Shown here: piece after piece, positions 9,262 through 16,537 of the stretch | Layout: every line of letters begins with the position of its first letter | How positions within the stretch are numbered: position 1 is the stretch's first letter | DNA from: an uncultured virus (IMG/VR IMGVR_UViG_3300022927_000016) | Taxonomy: Duplodnaviria; Heunggongvirae; Uroviricota; Caudoviricetes | IMG/VR virus record: IMGVR_UViG_3300022927_000016 | DNA: 20,000 nucleotides | Strand: one strand, 5' to 3' | Notes under the pieces: model-generated | The model's input: the letters and a program-made list of their open reading frames with translations, nothing else | Told to the model about the DNA's origin: nothing | Databases searched by the model: none | Translations under genes and position numbers: made by a program

Positions 9262-9839
9262 TGAGAGATCCTAATAGAATTTTTGAAATAGAAAAACCAT
9301 TTCCAGACTGGATGGTAAAGTATATTGAAGATCAAACTACTGATGTTGATTGGAAGTTTGTTCATGTTCCTGAAGAAGACGAAGTAGGCAATAACTACAA
9401 AACACCTGCACTGTTTACTAATGTGATGTACTGCACACAGAGTGGTATACTTGATGATTGGAAAGAACTAAGCAAGATGTTACATACAGCATTGTGTATG
9501 AAAATTATTCCTGATTATATTCCGGACGCACACGTTAATCAAGTTACACGTACACGATTAAATGGAACAGTTAAAGGCGTGTATTATGGTCCTCATAACG
9601 ACGTAGCAAATGGACAGCCAGGATTATGGACGTTTGTTTATTATGTAAATGATGCAGACGGAGATACTATTTTCTTTTCAGATGACGGCAAAACTGAAAT
9701 GAAAAGAACAAAATATAAAAAAGGAAATGCAGTTTTATTTCCTGCACATTATTGGCATACTATGGACGTGACAAATGTTCCGTTACGTGTTAGTATAGGA
9801 ATGACATACAGTATAGAGACAAAACTAAATGACGAATAA
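9261..9839 (+). CDS. 2OG-Fe(II) oxygenase
   Basis: PHND (HxD), TFVYYVNDADGDTIFF, KGNAVLFPAHYWHT, RVSIG. Confidence 0.88.
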   Translation: MRDPNRIFEIEKPFPDWMVKYIEDQTTDVDWKFVHVPEEDEVGNNYKTPALFTNVMYCTQSGILDDWKELSKMLHTALCMKIIPDYIPDAHVNQVTRTRLNGTVKGVYYGPHNDVANGQPGLWTFVYYVNDADGDTIFFSDDGKTEMKRTKYKKGNAVLFPAHYWHTMDVTNVPLRVSIGMTYSIETKLNDE

Positions 9840-10275
9840 ATTACCTTTAAAAGATATTCTAGGTGCAATTGATATGGGCGCCAGAGAAGTATGGGACGAA
9901 CTTGATGACGAGCAAAAGAAGTCTGTTTCTTTTTATTTGCTTAATCGTTATTGTAGTGTAGTCAAGGGTAAACGTGAAGCACAAGAACTTGCAGTGTTTA
10001 AGACAAATGAATATTATAACAAGCATTACTTTACACTTGCTAAACATCAAAAACTATTATGGCAACTGTTATGCTTAACTTCAAATGCAGAAAAGAAGAT
10101 ACAATATCACGAATGGATTGGCTACAAGAAAAAAGGAGCCAATACTAGTAAGTTAGGAAAAGAATTAGAAAAAATATTTCCTAATATGAAAACAGATGAA
10201 ATTCAGATGCTTGTTGATATGAATAGTAAAAAAGAAGTTGAAAAATATATTGAGGAATTCAATGGTAAAAACTAA
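9829..10275 (+). CDS. Probable sliding-clamp loader small subunit (T4 gp62-like)
   Basis: 148 aa; LKDILGAID...FYLLNRYCS...NEYYNKH...LLWQLL...HEWIGYKKK follows the layout of gp62 homologues of marine T4-like phages, as recalled. Confidence 0.6.
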   Translation: MTNKLPLKDILGAIDMGAREVWDELDDEQKKSVSFYLLNRYCSVVKGKREAQELAVFKTNEYYNKHYFTLAKHQKLLWQLLCLTSNAEKKIQYHEWIGYKKKGANTSKLGKELEKIFPNMKTDEIQMLVDMNSKKEVEKYIEEFNGKN

Positions 10276-11065
10276 TGGAAGATTATTTACATTTGGTTGT
10301 AGCCTAACAAGATATCACTGGCCTACATGGGCAGACATCTTAGGACAAAGTTATAAAGAATTTTACAACTGGGCAAATCGAGGCGCAGGCAATCGACAAA
10401 TATTTGAAAGGTTTTCAGAGTTTTTAAGTAAGACTGATCTTTCAGTTGACGATGTTATTGTTATTCAATGGACAGACTTTCATAGATTTGATTATCACAT
10501 ATGGGATGAAGAAGCACACGAAACTTGGTATCCTGGAGGAAGTTTATTTGCAAATGTAGAACAGGATCCTATGAAAGGATTTGTAGTGTCTAAAGTTTGG
10601 GAAGAAGAAAGTTATAAGATGCACTCTTTTAATTTTATTCATGCGGCAGTTAGTTTGGCTAGGAATACACCGTGCAAGATACTAATGACATTTTCGCAAG
10701 ACTTTAGACCAGATTTAAATATGAGTTATTGGAAAAACTACAAAAAGATTTTACAAAATAGTTATTGGATTGAAGGTGATATGTACAACTGGCTCTGTGA
10801 ATTACACGATGGAAGGTTGTCATTTTCGGGAGCAAAGCCTGGAGACTTAGCAGAAGATAAACATATGGATTATCATCCAACTCCTATTATGTATTACAAA
10901 TGGCTCAAAGAAAAAGTCAGTACAAAGTTAGGAATTCAAATTGATTTAGAGTTTGCAACTAAAATGCAAAATGCTGTTCAAAAAGTAGAACGATATCAAG
11001 ACATTGGGCAAGCAGTTTTAGATGCAGGATATGATACTAACAAACATTACGTTAGAGGTTACTAA
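10262..11065 (+). CDS. SGNH/GDSL-hydrolase-like protein
   Basis: Block I-like FTFGCSLT, NWANRGAGN, VIVIQWT..HR, block V-like DYHPT; ATG 10262 after GAGGA preferred to TTG 10238. Confidence 0.7.
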   Translation: MVKTNGRLFTFGCSLTRYHWPTWADILGQSYKEFYNWANRGAGNRQIFERFSEFLSKTDLSVDDVIVIQWTDFHRFDYHIWDEEAHETWYPGGSLFANVEQDPMKGFVVSKVWEEESYKMHSFNFIHAAVSLARNTPCKILMTFSQDFRPDLNMSYWKNYKKILQNSYWIEGDMYNWLCELHDGRLSFSGAKPGDLAEDKHMDYHPTPIMYYKWLKEKVSTKLGIQIDLEFATKMQNAVQKVERYQDIGQAVLDAGYDTNKHYVRGY

Positions 11066-11748
11066 TGTCAGATAAACCGTTTGTTTGTCAATATTGTAAT
11101 GTAGGTTACACAAGAGAAAAGACTCTTGCTGTTCATATGTGTGAGCAAAAACGTAGAGCATTACAAAAAGGCGAGAAGCACGTTCAGTTAGGCTATTATG
11201 CGTTCACAAGGTTTTATCAACTATGTCAAAATTTGAAAGGTACAAAGACCTATGAAGAATTCTGTAAGTCTACCTATTATAATGCTTTTGTTAAGTTTGG
11301 TTCCTTTGTTTCAAATGTACGACCGCTATATCCAGAAAAGTATGTTGACTATGTGGTCACATCAGGAGTCAAACTTGATCACTGGTGCCGAGACGAACTA
11401 TACGAAAAGTACGCACTCGAACTTATCAAAAAAGAAGGTGTCGAAACAGCAGTTGAACGTTCAATCAAAACCATGATGGATTGGGCTGATGCAAATAATG
11501 CTCCGTGGACTCATTATTTCCGTTATGCAAGTTTAAACAGAGTAACACAACATTTACGAGATGGCAAAATTAGTCCATGGCTTGTGTTGAACTGTAAGAG
11601 TGGAAAAGAGATGCTAGGCAAATTTAACGACGAACAACTGGCTATTGTATATCCTGTAATGGATCCACAGCATTGGGCATTACGGTTTAAGCGTAGTCCT
11701 GCTGATATTGAATTGGTAAAAGAAATTGCAGAAAAGGCTAGACTTTAA
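11065..11748 (+). CDS. Hypothetical protein with N-terminal C2HC zinc finger
   Basis: FVCQYCNVGYTREKTLAVHMC; TAATG overlap with the upstream gene. Confidence 0.8.
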   Translation: MSDKPFVCQYCNVGYTREKTLAVHMCEQKRRALQKGEKHVQLGYYAFTRFYQLCQNLKGTKTYEEFCKSTYYNAFVKFGSFVSNVRPLYPEKYVDYVVTSGVKLDHWCRDELYEKYALELIKKEGVETAVERSIKTMMDWADANNAPWTHYFRYASLNRVTQHLRDGKISPWLVLNCKSGKEMLGKFNDEQLAIVYPVMDPQHWALRFKRSPADIELVKEIAEKARL

Positions 11749-11767
11749 CAATATTAGATGTTATAAT
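11739..11767 (+). promoter_or_regulatory. Sigma70-type promoter with extended -10, probably leaderless transcript
   Basis: TAGACT (11739-11744), 17 nt, TGtTATAAT (-10 at 11762-11767); ATG at 11775 without SD. Confidence 0.7.
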
Positions 11768-11774
11768 AAAAAAC

Positions 11775-12101
11775 ATGAACGACACATTTAACAAAGATTA
11801 TGAATCTAGGACAATAGAGATAGCATCTAATCATGTAGGACCTAATGGTGAAAGTATTGATCGTATTTACGGCAGTCCGGCTAGTGGCGGAACATTAAGA
11901 TTAGTTAATAGAGACTATACAACATACAAAGGTACTATAACTAAAAAAAGTATTACTAGTAAAGGTATTGATGGTAATAATTTTAGAACTCATGTTTATG
12001 TCACAGATGATAATCGATGGTTTGATAGAACAGGAATGCCAATATCAAAAGATAGTGTAAAACTTGACAAAGAGGAGGTTCATGATGCTACACAAGATTA
12101 G
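11775..12101 (+). CDS. Hypothetical protein (108 aa)
   Basis: ORF directly behind a promoter; YVTDDNRWFDRTGMP. Confidence 0.75.
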   Translation: MNDTFNKDYESRTIEIASNHVGPNGESIDRIYGSPASGGTLRLVNRDYTTYKGTITKKSITSKGIDGNNFRTHVYVTDDNRWFDRTGMPISKDSVKLDKEEVHDATQD

Positions 12102-12285
12102 TCAACTATGCGATAAAATTGACTCACTGAAACTAGATGCTGACAGACTACGAAAAGCAAAGTACGAAAAACCAAAGCGAACAGATGCAGAAATTAATCA
12201 ACTTATTTCACAAATACAATCAGATTGCTATTTGATTTCGCAAGACAAAACACCATATGAAAAAAACGAACAAGAAACAACATAA
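12082..12285 (+). CDS. Small helical hypothetical protein
   Basis: GAGGAGG SD at 12072-12078 followed by ATGATG (12082/12085); heptad-like pattern. Confidence 0.75.
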   Translation: MMLHKISQLCDKIDSLKLDADRLRKAKYEKPKRTDAEINQLISQIQSDCYLISQDKTPYEKNEQETT

Positions 12286-12481
12286 AAAATATTCTGAGGT
12301 TTCACAATATAACCCAGATATACATACAAAAACAAAAGGCGGATTAGGATTCGGTATGAAAAGAAATGTTAAGGATAAAAAATATGACAGCAGTGGTTTA
12401 CATCTTATTGATGTATTCAAGTGGGAAGTGCCTGAGCATTTAAAAGAAGCATACTTAGAAATGAAAAAAGAAAATGCCTGA
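12257..12481 (+). CDS. Small basic hypothetical protein (74 aa)
   Basis: Overlaps both neighbours and fills the gap; Lys-rich. Confidence 0.65.
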   Translation: MKKTNKKQHKKYSEVSQYNPDIHTKTKGGLGFGMKRNVKDKKYDSSGLHLIDVFKWEVPEHLKEAYLEMKKENA

Positions 12482-13043
12482 TATTGATATAGATTTTGCT
12501 AACAGAGATCTTATACTTGATAAACTTAAACATCGAGTAGCAAAACTTGATACTGGTAAGAAACATAACACAGGAATTTATGCAACTGAGATCCCCCACA
12601 ATCCAATTGACAATCTTTCAACAATAGATTACGAAACAGCAGAAGAAAGGGGATACTTTAAATTAGACTTTCTTAATGTTTCGATATATACAGATATAAA
12701 AGATGAAGCCCATCTTTTAAACCTTATGAAAAGAGAACCACTATGGGACCTGCTTACCGAGCCAGAATTCAGCGACAACTTATTTCACGTCGCAGGACAC
12801 AGTACCTTACTAAAAACAATGAAACCACAGAGTATTCCACAACTAGCCGCTTGCCTAGCAATGATACGTCCAGCGAAGAGACATTTAGTTGGACAACCGT
12901 GGGATACGGTGATGAAAGAAGTGTGGACGAAACCTGAGGACGGAAGTTATTTCTTTAAGAAAGCACACGCAATGGCTTATGCTGTTGGAGTGATTGTACA
13001 CATGAATTTAATTTGTGAAAAAATTAGTTACGGATACAGTTAA
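12474..13043 (+). CDS. Miniature DNA polymerase III alpha (DnaE)-like catalytic core
   Basis: PDIDIDF, KHNTGIY, EERGYFKLDFL, LFHV, MKPQSIPQLAACLAMIRP, YFFKKAHAMAYA: DnaE palm and finger motifs in order within 189 aa. Confidence 0.85.
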   Translation: MPDIDIDFANRDLILDKLKHRVAKLDTGKKHNTGIYATEIPHNPIDNLSTIDYETAEERGYFKLDFLNVSIYTDIKDEAHLLNLMKREPLWDLLTEPEFSDNLFHVAGHSTLLKTMKPQSIPQLAACLAMIRPAKRHLVGQPWDTVMKEVWTKPEDGSYFFKKAHAMAYAVGVIVHMNLICEKISYGYS

Positions 13044-13412
13044 TTATTTAGGTTTTCTAATAAGTTGAACTGAACGCCTTTTAACTCTTTTAACTGAAAG
13101 ATTCTTTAAATTAACACACGGTCCTAGTAATACTTTTACGTCTTTGCTATTCATATTAACCATACAATATCTAAACGTTTCCATTTCATGTCGTAAAAAG
13201 ATGTTAATCGGAATCATTCGATTAGATTCCCACCACCAGGCTTCACCTAGTTCTATAAAGTGTGTTTGATGTTCTTCATTAATTATATTCGAATAAACGT
13301 ACATACTTGTAATAAAGTTATCTTGATTATTGATTATCCCAACATACTCCTGCCCACCGTAGGTAACTACGCTTAGGAATGGGAAATTTTCTTCTATGTC
13401 TGTTCTTAGCAT
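13044..13412 (-). CDS. Hypothetical phage protein (122 aa)
   Basis: FPFLSVVTYGGQEYVGII, WWWESNRMIPINIFL; occupies the whole gap between + strand genes. Confidence 0.85.
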   Translation of the reverse strand: MLRTDIEENFPFLSVVTYGGQEYVGIINNQDNFITSMYVYSNIINEEHQTHFIELGEAWWWESNRMIPINIFLRHEMETFRYCMVNMNSKDVKVLLGPCVNLKNLSVKRVKRRSVQLIRKPK

Positions 13413-13425
13413 GATCTCTTTTTAA

Positions 13426-13432
13426 ATAAATA
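13426..13432 (+). promoter_or_regulatory. T4-type late promoter candidate
   Basis: ATAAATA immediately before ATG 13432/13438 of a structural-looking gene; no SD. Confidence 0.55.
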
Positions 13433-13437
13433 TGTGT

Positions 13438-14214
13438 ATGCAACTTACACCTAGATATTTAGTCAAGAACAAAACCATTATTGTAGCAGATTTGGCTACA
13501 GGCAACATTACGGAGTATAAACCAGTGTACGCAAAAAATCTAAAAGTATACAGAGGAATAGACAATGTCTTAACCTTTGAAATTAAAAACAACGATCAAA
13601 AACCAATTAGTATTTTAAACACATATACACCTAAACTAATTGCCTACGATGAAACTAAAACTAAGGTGTTAGAAAAATTAGGAACTGTTATCGAAACATC
13701 AACTCCTAATTATAAAGGACAATTTACAGTTAATGTATCAGCAAACGATACATTAAACTTAAAAGATCAGTTCTTGTCTTATGCTATCTATTTGGTAAAC
13801 AACAATGATAGTTCAAATGTAGCAACATACGCAAACGCTCATTTTGAAATGTGCGGAATTATAGAAGTTGATAGTTGTGCATTTCCTGGACCAAAAGAAT
13901 CGACAACTATTTCATCATTTATAGAATCAGATAGTGTTTATACAAGCGGACCTGTAGGTGCTGAACCAGCACTAAATGGTAATGAAGCATTGCATACTGC
14001 GGCTATCTACTCTACAGACTTTAATGGTACTGTAACTATTCAAGGTAGTTTAGAAAATCAAAATCCAACAAATTGGTTTGACATAACAAATACTGTTTTA
14101 AGTTCTCCAACAGAGCCAGTATATGTTAATTTCAATGGAGTGTTTAATTGGGTAAGAACAACTTATACAACTTCAAATTCTGGAACAATTGATAAAGTAC
14201 TCGTCCGAAACTGA
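13438..14214 (+). CDS. Putative virion structural protein (baseplate/tail-associated, beta-rich)
   Basis: KVYRGIDNVLTFEIKNNDQKPI, FNGTVTIQGSL, NWFDI, YVNFNGVFNWVR; Thr/Ser/Asn-rich; late-promoter motif upstream; start 13432 or 13438. Confidence 0.6.
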   Translation: MQLTPRYLVKNKTIIVADLATGNITEYKPVYAKNLKVYRGIDNVLTFEIKNNDQKPISILNTYTPKLIAYDETKTKVLEKLGTVIETSTPNYKGQFTVNVSANDTLNLKDQFLSYAIYLVNNNDSSNVATYANAHFEMCGIIEVDSCAFPGPKESTTISSFIESDSVYTSGPVGAEPALNGNEALHTAAIYSTDFNGTVTIQGSLENQNPTNWFDITNTVLSSPTEPVYVNFNGVFNWVRTTYTTSNSGTIDKVLVRN

Positions 14215-14243
14215 TTGACTTTTCTGTAGACTTATACTATAAT
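14215..14243 (+). promoter_or_regulatory. Sigma70-type promoter, probably leaderless transcript
   Basis: TTGACT (14215-14220), 17 nt, TATAAT (14238-14243); ATG at 14250, no SD. Confidence 0.85.
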
Positions 14244-14249
14244 AATAGT

Positions 14250-15206
14250 ATGAGCATCGTGTCAGATACATTACAATTACACTTACCAGCGAAACGGAAA
14301 ACTACTCCTAGTGGTTGGACTAGTTTTAATGCTCCCTGTTGTATTCACAATGGCGATAGTGCAGATAAAAGACAGCGTGGTGGATTGATTGCAAATGGCG
14401 ATGGTGGTATTTCTTATCACTGCTTCAATTGTGGATTCAAAGCAAGTTGGGCACCGGGTAGACAATTAAGTCACAAGATGCGTAAACTCTTCCAATGGTT
14501 AGGAACTCCAGACGATACTATTAACAAACTTGCACTTCAATGTTTACAACTAGAAGAAACAGGTACATCGTCTGTTAAAATAGAATTACCAAACTTTGAA
14601 GTAAAAGAATTACCAAACGATTCTAAACTTATCGATGAGCAAACACCTATAGAAGTTATTCAATACTTGCAAACAAGGAATTTATTTTTAGAAGATTATA
14701 AATTTTATTGGAGTCCTGAATTAAAAGATAGAATTATTATTCCGTTTTATTATAAACAAAACATTGTAGGATATACTGCACGTAAAATTAAATCCGGCAA
14801 TCCTAAATATCTTAGTGAACAACAACCTGGATATGTTTTTAATATTGATAATCAAACATATGATAGAAAATATACTATTGTAGTTGAAGGTCCGTTCGAT
14901 GCTGTTACTGTAGAAGGATGTGCATTATTAGGAAGTGAAATCAAAGATCAACAGGCTATGATCCTCAATAGTTTAAATACTACGAAGATAGTTGTACCAG
15001 ATCGCGATGATGCTGGTTCTAAACTTGTTGACCAAGCCATTGAACTTGGTTGGAATGTTAGTATGCCGGACTGGCATGAAAACATAAATGATGTAAACGA
15101 TGCTGTAAATAGATACGGCAAACTTTATACACTGTACTCAATTATTAGTGCAAGTGAAAGCAGTGAGTTAAAAATTAAACTACGGAGCAAAAAATGGTTT
15201 GGCTAA
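14250..15206 (+). CDS. DNA primase (zinc-binding domain plus TOPRIM; T4 gp61/DnaG-like)
   Basis: NAPCC...YHCFNCG, YLQTR, RIIIPF, GYTAR, PKYL, VVEGPFDA, VPDRDDAG, DVNDA. Confidence 0.92.
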   Translation: MSIVSDTLQLHLPAKRKTTPSGWTSFNAPCCIHNGDSADKRQRGGLIANGDGGISYHCFNCGFKASWAPGRQLSHKMRKLFQWLGTPDDTINKLALQCLQLEETGTSSVKIELPNFEVKELPNDSKLIDEQTPIEVIQYLQTRNLFLEDYKFYWSPELKDRIIIPFYYKQNIVGYTARKIKSGNPKYLSEQQPGYVFNIDNQTYDRKYTIVVEGPFDAVTVEGCALLGSEIKDQQAMILNSLNTTKIVVPDRDDAGSKLVDQAIELGWNVSMPDWHENINDVNDAVNRYGKLYTLYSIISASESSELKIKLRSKKWFG

Positions 15207-15316
15207 AGAATATTTGGAACAAACTTACTAAGCCTTATCGTGCTTGGCAAGAAAAAAAACGAATGGAAAAGAAAATTGAAGAACTTAAAAAACGAGATCC
15301 TTTTATATACAAGTAA
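15194..15316 (+). CDS. Small basic peptide (40 aa) ending in RDPFIYK, absent from the ORF track
   Basis: MVWLKNIWNKLTKPYRAWQEKKRMEKKIEELKKRDPFIYK*; GGAG SD upstream; stop abuts ATG 15317. Confidence 0.8.
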   Translation: MVWLKNIWNKLTKPYRAWQEKKRMEKKIEELKKRDPFIYK

Positions 15317-15562
15317 ATGTTTATGAGTGAATTTAGACAAGGTATTTTTAATTTGTTAAAACGATTGATTGGCGGTAGCAGTGCGGCGCTGGCAATAGTG
15401 TACACTATTGGACACATTGTAATTGCTATGATCTGTAACAATTTAATTACTGGTGCTTCATTTGAATTAGCGGCAGTTGATGCTATTGTTGAACCAATGA
15501 TTAACGGTGTGTGGTTTTATATATTACACACAAGTTATAAAAAATTTAAAGGTGTAGAATGA
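15317..15562 (+). CDS. Small membrane protein, DUF2061-like
   Basis: Two hydrophobic segments; YTIGHIVIA...ITG...AIVEPMINGVWFYILH. Confidence 0.65.
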   Translation: MFMSEFRQGIFNLLKRLIGGSSAALAIVYTIGHIVIAMICNNLITGASFELAAVDAIVEPMINGVWFYILHTSYKKFKGVE

Positions 15563-16521
15563 TAATTTGGGGAATGGTCGGCAACAGTCACGATGCAAGT
15601 TTAGCAGTGTTTAAAGACGGCAAACTAAAATGGGCGGCACTTGCTAAAGACTTTAGTGGCGTAGCAAATGATCCAAACTTTAGTTGGACTATGTTAAGTG
15701 TAGCAAGAGAAATGTACGGAGAACCAGATAAGGTAGTTTGGTATGAACGTCCTATGCTTAAATCTTTTAGACAACTACTAGCCGGACAAGGATTCTTATT
15801 TAAAGAAAACAATATTGAAAGTTATCTAAAGCAATGGAGCATTAGATGTCCTATTGAATATGTACAGCATCATCACAGTCATGCGGCATATGGATATTAT
15901 ACTAGTGGCTTTAGAGATGCTAGTATTATTTGTATTGACAGTATTGGAGAGTGGGAAACTCTTACTATGTGGAAAGGCGAAGGGGATAAACTAACAAAAG
16001 TCAGTTCACAAGGATATCCACACAGTCTAGGTTTGTGGTACAGTGCAATGACACAGCGTCTAGGATTTGAACCAAACAAAGACGAATACAAAGTTTCTCA
16101 ACTTGCTATGAAAGGCGACTATAGACTTTACGACCAAGTTATATTAAATGAATTTTTTGAATTTGAACCAAATAACCCATTCTGTGTTGTAAAACTAAAA
16201 GAAAATTGTCATAGAGGTTTACGTTGGTGGAGACCTGAAATCGAAGATTTAGAAAACTTGGCGGCGGCAGTTCAATTTGTTTTCCAAAAGATTGTATTAC
16301 GATTAACAACAAGTATGGCGTTACATATGCCTAGTAAAAATTTAATTGTAACTGGAGGTTGTGCATTAAACAAAGGAGCAATGGACTATATTAGACCAAA
16401 CTGGGAAAACTTATGGATCCCACCAAATCCGGGAGATCCAGGATCATGTATTGGAGCAGTGTTGGCTTCGGAAAAGAAACATATTGACTTTAATCCAGAA
16501 GTATGGTATAATAGCAAGTAA
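15559..16521 (+). CDS. Carbamoyltransferase (NodU/CmcH family), N-terminal Kae1-like domain only
   Basis: HDASLA, WYERP, HHHSHAA, IDSIGE, SLGLWYSAMT, EYKV, LAAAVQ, GGCALN, PGDPGSCIGA; ends with no C-terminal domain. Confidence 0.88.
   Translation: MIIWGMVGNSHDASLAVFKDGKLKWAALAKDFSGVANDPNFSWTMLSVAREMYGEPDKVVWYERPMLKSFRQLLAGQGFLFKENNIESYLKQWSIRCPIEYVQHHHSHAAYGYYTSGFRDASIICIDSIGEWETLTMWKGEGDKLTKVSSQGYPHSLGLWYSAMTQRLGFEPNKDEYKVSQLAMKGDYRLYDQVILNEFFEFEPNNPFCVVKLKENCHRGLRWWRPEIEDLENLAAAVQFVFQKIVLRLTTSMALHMPSKNLIVTGGCALNKGAMDYIRPNWENLWIPPNPGDPGSCIGAVLASEKKHIDFNPEVWYNSK
16484..16512 (+). promoter_or_regulatory. Sigma70-type promoter with extended -10, inside the 3' end of the carbamoyltransferase gene
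   Basis: TTGACT (16484-16489), 17 nt, TGgTATAAT (-10 at 16507-16512); AAGGA SD and ATG 16538 follow. Confidence 0.85.
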
Positions 16522-16537
16522 TATAAAGGATCGCTGA

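Noticed and set aside
12474..13043. Mini-DnaE as half of an intein-split dnaE (cyanobacterial type)
   Set aside because: Neither terminus carries an intein N- or C-fragment, and the missing parts include internal deletions that trans-splicing would not restore
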